Below are positions 23,701 through 33,737 of a stretch of 64,000 bases of DNA, in pieces. This DNA is from Microthyrium microscopicum (Eukaryota). Below the pieces are notes generated by a model. That model did no database searches. It had not been told where the DNA came from and saw nothing but the letters and a program-made list of their open reading frames with translations. The stretch spans positions 2,243,345-2,307,344 of the forward strand of contig MU004237.1 in the NCBI GenBank assembly GCA_010405405.1, given 5' to 3'. Each line of letters begins with the position of its first letter. The stretch's first letter is position 1. Both the position numbers and the translations under genes were made by a program.

Positions 23701-24678
23701 AAGCGCGACCCAGCATGCCTTTCCTTTATGAGTCAATCTCTTCCTAGTCCGTAGTTGTTGCAAACCACCTGCCGAGAGTGTACGTTCGACATTGGGAGAA
23801 GGTGACGGGAGATTGAAATCGAATTGAGCCTGAGAGTGACTTGGAGGTTCGATATGATCCCTGGCAGGTGTCCCACTTGGAGTTGGCTTGCTCATTGGCG
23901 ATGACGCGTATTTAGAAGACTCCATTGCTGAATTTTGAGAGAACAATTGCGGTGGAGTAATATCTTCTTGGCGCAAAGTGCGATTACGCGAGTGTGAACG
24001 ATGCCCGCTAACCTTGCGATTTTGTCCCAACTCTTTTCCTACCAATTTCCCCAGTCGTTGAGAACTAGCTTCCAGATCTTGACCAGTCTTATGATCAGGT
24101 GTACGTTGAACCTTGGAAAAAGACGACAACAAATTCCTTGCTGGAAATTGAGCCGCAATACGCTCTTCAATAGACGGTGCCGAGCCTCGAGGAGTGACTT
24201 GTGAAGGACTCCAACCGGTAGGAGTTGTAGGGCGCGTGGGTGTAACCTCGTACGTACGTTCAAACCTCGACGGGATCAAATGCGACAAGCCGAAAGCGAT
24301 CTGCGGAGACTCTTCCTCGTTTTCGTCCAAACTCAGAGTACTAGAAGCGCGACGATTGGCCCTTTGGTTCGAATGCCTACCCGCTGGTACAACAGACTCG
24401 GGGTAAGGAGATCCCCAACTCGCAGTATAAAAAGTCGCGTCGGATGCGGATTGATGACCCAATGGTGTACGAGGGGTGAAAGGAAGCCTTGGAGGAGCAG
24501 GCAGAGGTGCTATCTCTGGACTGTCTGGACCAAGGGTATCGGTTTCGGAAAGGTTCCCGTATGAATTGTCGTTGTGTGGTGACGATGGTGAATGAAGCTG
24601 ATCGTCAGGCTGATTGATGGTAGCTGAAGCTAGCGTCGGTGGAGACGAAGGCGCCCCAGTTAAGCTACTCGCGGGCAT
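17788..24678 (-). CDS. Large conserved fungal coiled-coil protein (family often labelled 'myosin class II heavy chain'; no motor domain seen)
   Basis: Intronless 2296-aa ORF. Disordered S/P-rich N-terminal half with SDATFYTASWGSPY and repeated A.EF.P motifs. Long heptad E/K/R/Q-rich region, then IGWLRELLGVRVDDL near the C-terminus. Confidence 0.85.
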   Translation of the reverse strand: MPASSLTGAPSSPPTLASATINQPDDQLHSPSSPHNDNSYGNLSETDTLGPDSPEIAPLPAPPRLPFTPRTPLGHQSASDATFYTASWGSPYPESVVPAGRHSNQRANRRASSTLSLDENEEESPQIAFGLSHLIPSRFERTYEVTPTRPTTPTGWSPSQVTPRGSAPSIEERIAAQFPARNLLSSFSKVQRTPDHKTGQDLEASSQRLGKLVGKELGQNRKVSGHRSHSRNRTLRQEDITPPQLFSQNSAMESSKYASSPMSKPTPSGTPARDHIEPPSHSQAQFDFNLPSPSPNVERTLSAGGLQQLRTRKRLTHKGKACWVALPVDPPRGGDGQAPYPLSAQEIAERLKRFQDQGYDVRGFGHWSQSAEQEQSPAAVYAQNRDVYPDVGDYRTEAQEFSGKARIQIPNPRLWQDHVRELKEAKLRALGVSLGDDPPEPSLSRRASSQFSGLPFSPPLPTSSAGSQRMGPGGNVFPMGFVPGSSNHTSTRSIASPISSMGNPRQSMHMHRQSMFTSPPMIPQQAISPQGFNAWSPQPFGMQNAPLSSNSPLVSSGAVDMRSPISPFNPMADSTSPFQFPQRNELVAQLQHQKQQQLVRQQQLLPIRPASTLAEVLEVEAEEDPVPATRSVPPEMFNPRPGHRHNISAKLEESIHKSSFSLDKKAEPSLQKVEDVKSPIEGSSEVEERESTPKAVPEWRRNAPAVIEDVMTKEKESPKMMEKLQEQPATLEEEEEAAVVEKVQPQEPPAIVGRTYGLNYNDLDLASSDIDTNPSEHGMSSPPTMASNKGIFTASNPWDNDPTFMRKAQTSEPKHAKQHSSKASISGLNVTAREFNPGANPAAVFNPSIFNASAFAFHPEKVKDFVPRSIVSAKSSVLSHSIGSGSIGTPTKTLFNLNAPEFSPTAGGFGGGVDLSKSEFSFASKAPILKPTAPVFNPAVPAFEPDKSFGSVNTSSSDAPGRLFSGVDFTEFSKPVKKSKAVPIVPPSAKTDTEEEIFDKDGRLAAGNAKRMRKVDADGDDVPLFAIPNPDPLPASLVNPVLDSEPTAPLHVDSEIEIVPSKAFVQPTPTFAGDESPLFPSSPLPVEPEGGFPARTSSLPRSNGVESAQHSPIHLDASPAVPISPVRAPDTPVVQQNVDDSIQLTPKFLSDEDDRAQNISEQLISPPSSAVASRSGLDADFQIPSLEGTFSSPPNKLPSSVRYYDDMEQPDFNEIDAVMQHINQSNSEADVERDAHSWPETSPTDMPTMQLLQPHLPANLRSDAPSPSPRRGLLSANHLDLDSASVTQDPFSDGRGAIGYESPVRQLNEGPTVPISDWDDFSSGEEEQIRARGPFLDAHVSSVINSSLSKRLGPLERQLKAIESAMSTISSSRPGRNLRSRATMDSDADDEDDEIEPEYSSRAWSRSPVRDRKNEKMRLIIQEALATYRPVVEPTSDTVATASILAAVQEMRSAFQVPTAQILSAEDVQRAVEGVLMGRKLEYDISNLPQLEDIKAAVESAVASQTLTTESSRTLMQDENPILSELLQRNSEAHAKIAEEAEARKYAERKEAESQRLLKLAEEELELLRASASDDGDHMRVFEDKSRDADQRVAMAESASADLQVKVTSLSETNVALKATLDEYRISHDKWRADMDNASREKERLAAASGTLKIQAEEAIRIRETMRDRLDKLQADTASATGKLADERAKWQRMDAEHRTRYEIIKSQAQAEARTRERFEQEMNRLEVSERENMKENTKLRALLEHVQHEKNRLQGDVEDLLSKEREAQKAAITLEHLQKENSKLEQQVDQWRSESSEHEKTAEKYAREWQEARDSARTEVQRTRLLMQADIDAANNHANIVRAGLEDELNRLRVDLESAKMEADAARAKEELIIEQEADSKRDAIREVIEGKTSALHDQRQVFEERLEELRRQHRRDLDHVIENKNQSETFLREAHASRQADMEQQSQRSLEQAYEDKERSEAYFADQLNLASNKIELLEDKVHHLNQKLEVTKTAAQAAAQAAQSTRSPAAVLPSMPSMFGNLGGASAKALRESIDVLQDQLQEREARIEALEQQVGEVDPEALKGRDVEIGWLRELLGVRVDDLSDLINLLGREDFDRESVQNAAIRIRTSLQMEMHEKERHQGTGNAQPLSAMSSNLAANLQSYASPRVAQLGRVLNDWRGTPAKRSPNSTSSFLSGLMTPPASHMRRTPEPPNTVELRRDSAASASSQAVVGRSMSSRQAEKAKSSSAGPSSLGEALRGVPPRTPPLLQRGGYDEDAETGRFSADDFYDDEDSTVDGTPRRLPPFGRSIES

Positions 24679-25203
24679 TCATCAATATCAACGTGTCTTT
24701 TTTTATGTATTTGTATTTTTTGACTCGATATATGACCGTAAATGTAGTGGTGTCGCGCAAACGGCTGTTGGTGATTGACGTGGAAGGGAGCCGCGGGAGA
24801 AATTATGTGACGACACGGTCAAGGGTATTATGAACAGACAGGAAAGAAAAAAGGGTGACGCAAAGGAAGGACTTTTGAGTTAGATCATAATAGACAGAAA
24901 AGGCGACGATAGATACATTGGAGAAAAGACTCTTGTGCACCTAAAGCGGATGTATGATTTTTTTGGAGTATGTTTTGGGTGGTGGAAGGAGAAGCTCTTC
25001 AACAGGGGAAGAGTGAAAGAGTAGAGCGCGCTGAGAAGGAGGTGAGGTTGCAGAAAGCAGGTGCGTTGGCACACAAGGAAAGAGCGACCCAAGCACGGAT
25101 CTCTCCCGCAAAATTTGAGCCACTACTGCCTGATTTGGTCAAGCCTGAGGCACTTCGACGGCCACTGCCCAAAGAGAAAGGAGCATCCCAGCTCACGGCA
25201 GGA

Positions 25204-25229
25204 ACGCGTCAAAAGCATGACTAACGCGT
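25204..25229. promoter_or_regulatory. Pair of MCB (ACGCGT) boxes in a divergent promoter
   Basis: ACGCGT at 25204 and 25224 (20 bp apart), between the coiled-coil gene and NPR3. Confidence 0.4.
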
Positions 25230-25540
25230 TACCCCTGCATCAGGCCTTGCTTCTTTAGGCTTAAATTACTTTCCTATCGAATTGAATTGTCTGGAGGTCT
25301 GGCTTGCTTGCTTCTCATCAAATTACTGACAGTATTTCTTCCCTGCCGAGCATGCCTCCAAGTCTCGGCCAATCGTGCTCATTTACACTCGATATCGACG
25401 TCAAATCTGATGGCAAATAATATATGACCATGCCCTGTCAATAAAACACTCTTTAATGAACCAAAATCGGCCAGATAAGAGCTTGGAAGTAATATGGTTG
25501 GAGGCCTTATCCATGAACTAGGGGGTTCGTCATCGTCAAA

Positions 25541-28111
25541 ATGCCCTTTACCAACCAGCCATTACCATCAAGCCCGTCTCTCGTAGCCATTTTGCTTGTG
25601 ACCAAAGGTAGAACTGGTCCTCGCCTGGTCTATCATTATCCTCCAAATCCTTCAATAGCATCGTCTGGATCTAGCAGGAATCCAGCATGGTACGGCACTC
25701 CAGGTACCTCAAGCGATTTATCAGATACCTCTGATTCCGACGCAAGTTCCGATAGTGATAGTGGACATGTTGGCGATGATGGAAGCAGTAGAGCTGGTAG
25801 CCGAAGCAGCGGCGGTCGCGGGAGTAGTCGTAGAGATACCGGCTCGGGAAGAAGTGGGAGGACAAGAAATACTGGCCCAGGCGGATCGATCCAGGATGTC
25901 GATGAGGATATGCCCGATCGATCCAAAAACCACATACGGGAAAGAGATGGCCAGAGAGAACAGATGAGGAAAGACAGCTTATCAGAACCGAATCGACAAG
26001 ATGGACACGATGGACCTGAATGGCAGCGAGTTTTGGGCTTCAGTGCGGAAGGCTTAGGGAAACTGCTTGCACCTGCCAGATCTTTCAATAAGCGTAGATT
26101 TGAACTCGGAATTGATCAACTGGTGTTTTTAGGCGCTCCAAGATTCATACGAGATGATGGACTTTGGAAAAAGAAGAGACGCCAAAAGAGGAAAAACCAT
26201 TCCAAAGACACTAGCAATGTCCAGTCTGACAATGAGCTTAGCAAAGAAGTAAGCAGACATGGCTCAATTTCATCGGTGGTTGAACCGAAACCAGGCCCAG
26301 AGGTCGTGTATGATGATGTTATCTATGGACCAGCATACGGCCATGGATTGGGTTCTGACCCATCAGATGTTGGGTCCGAATCAAAGAGCACATCGACGAA
26401 TGGCGTTGGTTCTGAACCAGAGCTTACCATGTTCAATGTTGTATTTGTCTTGAATCCATCAGCTCTGGAGTATCATGATAGAGTTGATGAAATGTATGAC
26501 AATGTCGTCAAGAAGTTTGCAAAGGCATTGAAATTTGCTCAGTCATACAACAACTATATACATGGCGAGTCAAGAGCTATTTGGGCCATGAAAGAAAAAG
26601 CAAAGGAAAATCATACACCAATGTCGAGTCTGTGGTCAACCATAGCTCAGAATTCGTCTTTAGCTAGAGCAATCATGGTCACCTATGACACGATATGTGA
26701 CGACGGCATCGCTCATGTCAATCTAGGTCGGGATTTTGATACTTCTTTCCAGCTACCTCAACCAGTTTCAGTCTCTTCTGTTGGTACTCCAAACGAGGCT
26801 CAAATGCCAGGCTTATGGCTTACAACTGCAACACCATGGGAAGACGATGAAACTGATTCACTTTTAAGTCCCCATTGTGCGCTTTTGCTTCTCGAGGATG
26901 ATGACGTTCTACTTGAAGAAGTACAAAAAGATGCGAAAGAGTTATCAGCACCACTGGCGCATTTCATTAGAAACTTGACGCCAGAAAAATCTCTCTTGAA
27001 AGTGGCGGCAAAATCTCAACTTACTACCAAAGATGCGCAACATCTCGCCAGGCACTTGATATACTGGCGTAGAGCAAGGGCAATTCCACCCTTGAGAGAA
27101 CGAGACACTTACATCGTATCACCCAATGCCAACATGAGAAATCTAAAAGAGGCAATACCTAATTTCGCAGCTCATTTTCCTCTACTTCCATCACTCCCAA
27201 CAATTCTCCAACAACTCTCCGGTATTCCACGGCCATGGTCTCACTTCTTCCCTAGTCGGGACCACAGAGACAAGTATATGATCGTTCTTGCATGGCTTAT
27301 GCGGCACGGTTGGGTCACCCAGCTCCGAACATTTGGCTGGATCAGGGTCAGTCCCTCGGTCAAATTGGCTGTAGCCACACGTCTGGATCTCGAGCGAAGA
27401 AATCCTCGCTCCACAACCCGAAGCATTGGAAGTTCGGGCTCGCCATACATCAACAGCACGTACGATCTCGATGCATCAATCTCCACCATTCGCGCTCCCT
27501 CACTATCACCATTCCGGCCCTCTGCGCCATCAAACAATGCGTCGCCCATGCTAAGTAGCACTTCTGCTCATGATCACGCCGACGATACAGCCAGTGTCCA
27601 CAGCGATCGCACAGCTATCACAGTCGTCCCACCATTCTCACCCCTCTCCCGTCCTCATAACGGTCCACCACTTCCACGCACTACGCCATTGACTCCGTTG
27701 GCCATCGCGTCACACACCAACGGCTCTGGTAGCGACCACGAATACTCGCCGACGGCAGCATATCGCTCAAGTCCCATTTCACGACCTACCTCAGCGGCAT
27801 CAGCAACAGAGACAAGTAGCACTGGCCTCGAATCCGCTACACATGTACGAGATGTGTACAGCACTTCCATCATCCATAGCCCACAGGGCGCTTCTGCAGT
27901 AGAGTTGAAATGGATTGAGTATATCGGTTCTAGCTTTAGTGAGGAAGATAGTGAAGCGAAGGAGCTTTGGCCGACATTGCTGAAATACTTTGATGGGAAA
28001 CATGCTTTTGAGGAGATATATGTGAGAGAGGGGTTGAAGAAGAGAAAAGTTGCGGCTGTTTTGGGTCGTTTGGCGAGCGCTGGATTGCTGGTTAGTGTTA
28101 AGCATTGGTGA
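25541..28111 (+). CDS. NPR3: Nitrogen permease regulator 3 (SEACIT/GATOR1 subunit)
   Basis: AILLVTKGRTGPRLVYHYP, FNKRRFELGIDQLVFLGAP, MFNVVFVLNP, LIYWRRARAIPPL, YIVSPNA, C-terminal YFDGKHAFEEI. Confidence 0.93.
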   Translation: MPFTNQPLPSSPSLVAILLVTKGRTGPRLVYHYPPNPSIASSGSSRNPAWYGTPGTSSDLSDTSDSDASSDSDSGHVGDDGSSRAGSRSSGGRGSSRRDTGSGRSGRTRNTGPGGSIQDVDEDMPDRSKNHIRERDGQREQMRKDSLSEPNRQDGHDGPEWQRVLGFSAEGLGKLLAPARSFNKRRFELGIDQLVFLGAPRFIRDDGLWKKKRRQKRKNHSKDTSNVQSDNELSKEVSRHGSISSVVEPKPGPEVVYDDVIYGPAYGHGLGSDPSDVGSESKSTSTNGVGSEPELTMFNVVFVLNPSALEYHDRVDEMYDNVVKKFAKALKFAQSYNNYIHGESRAIWAMKEKAKENHTPMSSLWSTIAQNSSLARAIMVTYDTICDDGIAHVNLGRDFDTSFQLPQPVSVSSVGTPNEAQMPGLWLTTATPWEDDETDSLLSPHCALLLLEDDDVLLEEVQKDAKELSAPLAHFIRNLTPEKSLLKVAAKSQLTTKDAQHLARHLIYWRRARAIPPLRERDTYIVSPNANMRNLKEAIPNFAAHFPLLPSLPTILQQLSGIPRPWSHFFPSRDHRDKYMIVLAWLMRHGWVTQLRTFGWIRVSPSVKLAVATRLDLERRNPRSTTRSIGSSGSPYINSTYDLDASISTIRAPSLSPFRPSAPSNNASPMLSSTSAHDHADDTASVHSDRTAITVVPPFSPLSRPHNGPPLPRTTPLTPLAIASHTNGSGSDHEYSPTAAYRSSPISRPTSAASATETSSTGLESATHVRDVYSTSIIHSPQGASAVELKWIEYIGSSFSEEDSEAKELWPTLLKYFDGKHAFEEIYVREGLKKRKVAAVLGRLASAGLLVSVKHW

Positions 28112-28554
28112 TCATGAATCCAACGATCCACGACATCAAAAAATCTCTCGATATCGAGACTTGTAGGAGTCCGTATTTGCACTTTGTTGGATCCATTGCT
28201 CAATAGTTGCATTGCCGATGTGAAGTAGCAATGCTTGAAGCAAAGCTCTGCTCCCCAGTCCGCATATCACAGATCCTTCCCCGCGTCTACAGCTGCGATA
28301 ATGTCTAATCCACTCAAACTTGTCCATATCAAGACAATTTAACCGGAGTTCAATGCAGCAGTTTTTGTTTAATAGTAGCTCCATCCCAGCTCCTTCTGAC
28401 GATTCCGTGTCCAGTCACTGGCTATCTTCGGATTCCGGAACACCTAGCGTGACTCACGTTGTTGTTTTTGTGCAACATATAAGGCCATCTTCGCCGTCTT
28501 TTCTATAATACAAACTACTGGAATACATCAGGTGTTCTGTAAATCTTAGAAAAT

Positions 28555-29614
28555 ATGGCATCAGATGGCTATCCTTCTCATCCTAGAGCCACGGGCAATC
28601 GTTTAAAGGCGCGAAGTAAGTGGACCGATAAGATATTGATCGACTTATGGAAATTGATCACTAACTATCTCGCAGCTAAGTACGACTACGATACTGTATG
28701 TTTTCAATTTTCTGTTACGACAAGTCGACTACGGAAGCATCAATGAAGCCTGTGCCTTGGTATTGTCGTTATCCAAGCGGAGATGCCTTCGCTATCATCT
28801 TATAGTTACTACAAGTCTGGAACTGAAAGAGAAACAGGTCCACCACCTCATCGACACAACACCAATCCTCCACGTCTCCTTCCCACCAAACGGCGACGAC
28901 CCATTCCCAGCGACTCTCCCCATGCTAGGATGCACAGGCCCAGACACCTTCGACGCTGCCTCTGAACAAGCCCGTCTATCCGAACCAGACCACTCTGCAC
29001 CTGGATCCTTCCCCACAGGCGACGAGAAGAAAACACTTCCGTCCCTCCCAGATGGACCCCGCTGTATCTATCTCCACGGCCACAGTGCATCCAGACTCTT
29101 CCAAGTGTCAAAAGGAAACAAGTTGCCCGTTACCATAGCAGCCAGCAGTATGCAAGGGATCGTCTTAGCACTTACACCATTCCATAACTCATGCAACTAC
29201 TCCTCCGCCATCGTCCACGGCTACGCTAGCCTTTTGGACGATGAGATCGAGAGAAACTATGCGTTGACGAGAATTACGGACAATTTGCTTCCTGAGCGCT
29301 GGGATAATAGTCGGGTTCCACCGACCAAGGCTGAACTTACTACGACGGGAGTTATCAAGGTGGAGATTGAATCTGCTAGTGCGAAGGTGCGAGTTGGTGG
29401 GCCGGGTGATGATAGAGCGGATTTGAAGAATGAGGAGTTGGTGGGGAGAGTTTGGACGGGTGTTGTTCCTTGTTGGACGCAGTATGGGACTCCGGTGCCG
29501 AGTTCTTATAATAAGGTGCCTACTGTGCCTGGGTACATTTCTTCGTTTGTTAAGGAGGAGAATGATACTGGAAAGGCTGTGAGCGTGGATGCGATACAGA
29601 AATCATCTAAGTAG
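28555..29614 (+). CDS. Flavin-nucleotide-binding split-barrel protein (pyridoxamine 5'-phosphate oxidase-like / NimA-like)
   Basis: Exon 1 MASDGYPSHPRATGNRLKAR, micro-exon AKYDYDT, then VHHLIDTTPILHVSF, IYLHGH, LALTPFHNSCNYSSAIVHG, SAKVRVGGP, VWTGVVP. Confidence 0.85.
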
Positions 29615-30835
29615 AAGGATAGAATTCGTATGATCTCGCAGTTCGCAACATTCCACTTGTTGTATCACTGGCCATCTCTGATGACGATATGCTGAAATTT
29701 GCCAGATGGTGTTGATGAAATTCCAAGTCCTTCGAGGGCATCCGTAAACAGACGCATGACCTTGAGAGCATCAAACTTCAACTACCTCCTTCAAGAATTG
29801 AGATCTGGTATCGAATCTGCAAGGGCAAATCTGTTCAGGAACATCTCATCCATCAGTCCTCCACAAGCTCAGGGCCGACGATCTTCTCTGCGTGCCTCGA
29901 TGACGATCAATTCTTTTTCTCCAAATAGAAAATTCCCACCATTGGGGTTACGCCCTGACTTCTTGCAGTAGGAGCTTGCCGTGAACTGCAAGTCCATGGT
30001 TTAGTTCGAGCATACCCTGGTGGTGGTGAAACGAAACATGCTTGGGCTGGTTCTAACTTCTTGTCTGCCCTCTTATTATTGTCTTCATAGATGAGACGAA
30101 AAATGCTACATGCGATTGGTTATTTTCCTCGCAGTTCTGTCCGGACTGGTTTGGTAGATATTTTAATACTTCAATCTATTGTTTGTCCTTGTCAGTTTAA
30201 CTTGGCATACCTGTCTATAAAAACATATTTACTTTGATTATTACAACAATAAAGCTTGATTGTTCTCTTTCGAAGTAAACGGGCAACTAGAAATTACGCG
30301 AGGAACTGTGGTCTAACAACGTAAGAGGCATGTAAATCCATAAATCTCTGTAGGTTTCTCGATCTTGTTACAGAGTTCCTACAGAATTGAAGATCAGCAC
30401 AAGCGCAGATGCAAGTAACACAAATGCATAACATTCAATATCGATAATACTTGAACCTGTCTTAAGCCCTCCAACTATCCATGCCAAGAATAGTTAGTCG
30501 AGCTGGAAATACTCAGCGCTCAGTCCAGTTGTTTATCCCATGTACATGTTTCTCTCCCATTGTGCAACACTATCCACCACCATGAGATTATCAGACCAAT
30601 CTCTATGCCCCACCGGTACGTGCTGTATAGAGAGGCCGTTGCCTTACTCCTCACTACCGACTATGTTTGGATCTATGTCTTCTCGTTATAGTATCTTATA
30701 ACATATGTCTTTCGTCCCTAGCTAGCTTGACCGTCGTTTACCAATCCTGTTTGCAGTATCCATATACTGAGCTAGTTGACTCTGGCGCTTCACTCGCTCC
30801 TCGCGCCTGGCTCATGACATTATCACTCTGGCGGA

Positions 30836-33096
30836 ATGGATGGCTTCTCTCAATATGCCAACCTGTCCGGCAACCCACTATGGGACCTTTCGGAAAACGA
30901 CCCACGATGTATCAACGTCTCTTGCCTGGCCTACATCCTAGGATATCTAGACGATCAGGATCGCTATTCCAATGACAACTATCCACTATACGCCTACTGG
31001 ACAACATACTTCTACTGTGCGACTGTAGCACTCTTCGCCATCGTCTATGTCAACAGAAGACTTCGTGATGGAGGAGCTGGATCACGATTCAAGGAACAAG
31101 CAAAAGCATATTGGAGAATGTGGATTTATCGAAGAATAACAGGGAAGCTTGGAGAACAGATGGATATGTCGCTTGGTCAACTAACAATCTTTATCATTGC
31201 GACAATCTTCATCCTGGTCTTACCTTTTGCTCAGGGATACTTTTTACGGGCCTATTTCAGATTTGGATCGCCTCCGTTATCAGTACGATGTGCTATGCTT
31301 ATTTCTGGACTTTTGCCTATTTGTATCGCTTTGGCTGGAAAAGTCAATATTGTCAGTTGTTTGACTGGTATATCATATGCCAAGTTGAACGTTTGGCATC
31401 GATATATCGCTCTCATGATTTATATTTTGACTATAATACATCTTGTAAGTTCATGAATAAGCTTAGTTCATGAATAAGCTTAGTTCATGAATAAGCTTGA
31501 ATGTATTCCACTGACGATTCCAGGTTCCTCATGTTATTGCTCCAATTCGAGAAGGTGGAGATATTGAGTTTAAAGACTTGCTCCAAGAAGGCAGAAGAGA
31601 GGTATGTCCATCCAAAATAACTCCCATATATTCATTCCTGAAGACTCACCTTGATAGCGATCTGGAATAATTCTCGAAGTCTCCTTTACGCTGATGCTAG
31701 CCACATCATTCCCATATTTCCGGAATAGATTTTATGAAGCCTTCAAGTTTCTACATGTGTTCTTTGCAGTTGCCTTTTTCGCTTTTCTGACGTGGCATGT
31801 TACTGGAGAATACTTGACTGTAAGTATATTCTCAGGAAGCAGTTTCAATTCTAACAGTCTTCAGCCTGATTTCCTCTGGGCTTCGGTGGCCATTTTGATT
31901 GGCAACTTCATAGCCAGAGCAGTCTATCGCAATAGAACAACAACTTCATTTAATGAATTCGTTCAAGGCTACCCGACATCACTGGAAATCTTACCAGGCA
32001 AAATGACCAGAATTGTTGTTCAATGCCCAAACAAACTTCGTTGGAGACCAGGTCAACATTGCTACATATCAATTCCTGGAATTTCTAAACTACAATCCCA
32101 TCCATTCACAATCGTCTCGCTATCAACACCTTATCTTTCAGCCGGCCCAAACGACCTCGTCATTCTAATGCGAGCTTATTCTGGTTTTACAAAAGCTGTT
32201 GCCGATTTGGCCAAAACTCCCGCTCTAAATATAACAAACCAACCTCCCAAACCCAGCATGCCTAACACTCCAAGTCATTCTTACTCATCCAGCTTTCCTG
32301 GCACTCCTAATCAGTCTTACTCACCTAGCTTCCCCGGCACGCCAGATACCTCGTTGACTATAGCTCCAAGTTTCAATCTACCTGTCGAGCTAACCATGGC
32401 CACTCGTGCCTGGATAGACGGCCCATATGGCGATTTCCATCCAGCTCTCGAACGACAATACCATGGCATCACCCTAGTCGGAGGAGGGTCCGGAATAACA
32501 GCTGGCCTACCTTGGCTGGTTTACATTGCCTCGCGTATGCGAACCGCCGCTCACGGACTTAAAGGCTTACATGGCGAGAAACTGTGTAAAACGCGCACTC
32601 TTCATCTGATCTGGAGTATACGAGATCTAGACTGGATCCGATGGGCAGACAGAGAGCTCACCGAAGCATTACGGGACGTTATGATAGCCAACACGCAGCC
32701 ACAACGAAACGCAGATGGCGAGAAAGGTCGAGCTTTCAAGCTTCAGATATCACTTTTTGTGACGAAAAGTCCAACAAAGGCGGAGATGAAGACTGCGGTG
32801 ATAGATCTATATCTGAGAGCAGGAGTAGATATATATAATCCTCACGCGAGGGTTGAGATACGCACTGGACGACCGAATTATGCGGGACTGTTGCCGAATA
32901 TGCTGGATAGGAAGCGGAATATGATTCTGAGTAAGTCCAACCTCAGGCATATCGAAAGAAAGACTAACAGAGAATAGCTTGTGGACCAGTCAGTCAGAAA
33001 ATTGATCTTGCAAACTCGGTGGCTCAATTACAGTCTATGGTCATACAAGATCAGGCTATGGAGATATCACTTCATTCGGAAACATTTGGGTGGTAA
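30836..33096 (+). CDS. Ferric/cupric reductase (FRE/NOX superfamily), about 5 exons
   Basis: Haem-ligand His pairs (WHRY..IHL; LHVFF..WHV), PGQH, FAD motif SHPFTI, DGPYG, NADPH motif GGGSGIT, terminal CGP..HSETFGW-stop at 33096. Confidence 0.9.
31448..31498. repeat. Perfect 17-bp tandem repeat x3 in FRE intron 1
   Basis: AGTTCATGAATAAGCTT three times, overlapping the GTAAGT donor at 31445. Confidence 0.95.
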
Positions 33097-33737
33097 ATTC
33101 TCTCCTATTCGAAATCTTCATCACAAGGAATTGTGCACGCTCTGTTCGTCTGAGTGTGAATTCTGGGCTGGAGTCGGCTATTTTGATTTGATTTATTCGT
33201 GTAAATATACCCCTTAGAAGCGATTTACTTGGAATTCAACTATTTCATAAAACTAAAAGCTTGATTGTAACCGACGTCCAATTCAGGGTCAAGAAGTTTG
33301 TTGGGAAGATACAGTCTATGAAACGCAAGTAAACGAAACATGTATTGATTCATCGACACTAGAGCAAAATCACTGAGCGGCTTGGAGCCTGGTGCAGATC
33401 TATATGGGTATTGCCCTGGCGTAAGTCGCTGATTTTATCTTCCGACATTCCGTTCTATCTCGATTACAGCCCGACTCCAACAATAAGGTCGACTACTTGC
33501 ATTGTAAAGCTCGAGTTCGAGTAGTTGACTATTGTTTTGTCTCGATAATCGTAATCCCAATAAGTTCCCAAACTGCTTCACAATACGATTGCTAGCTTTG
33601 GAAGACGTCATGTATGATCAGCGCCTAACTTCGAAGAAAACTCGTCGAACATGGCTCTTGAGTAATGGCGCAGATAAGATGTAGGCTTGGTTGAAGCATA
33701 TGATACTTTTCTAGTCAGATAAGGTCTGGCTAGAATA

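Noticed and set aside
17993..24564. Many 60-230 aa ORFs overlapping the 2296-aa gene
   Set aside because: Shadow ORFs, mostly with TTG/GTG starts and no motifs.
17788..24678. True myosin heavy chain
   Set aside because: No P-loop or motor domain (GESGAGKT) is present; only coiled coil.
30585..30600. SreA-type GATA iron box (TTATCAGAC) upstream of the reductase
   Set aside because: Single imperfect match, likely by chance.
31448..31498. Palindromic repeats as a CRISPR-like array
   Set aside because: No spacers, eukaryotic intron context and no cas genes; it is a simple tandem duplication.
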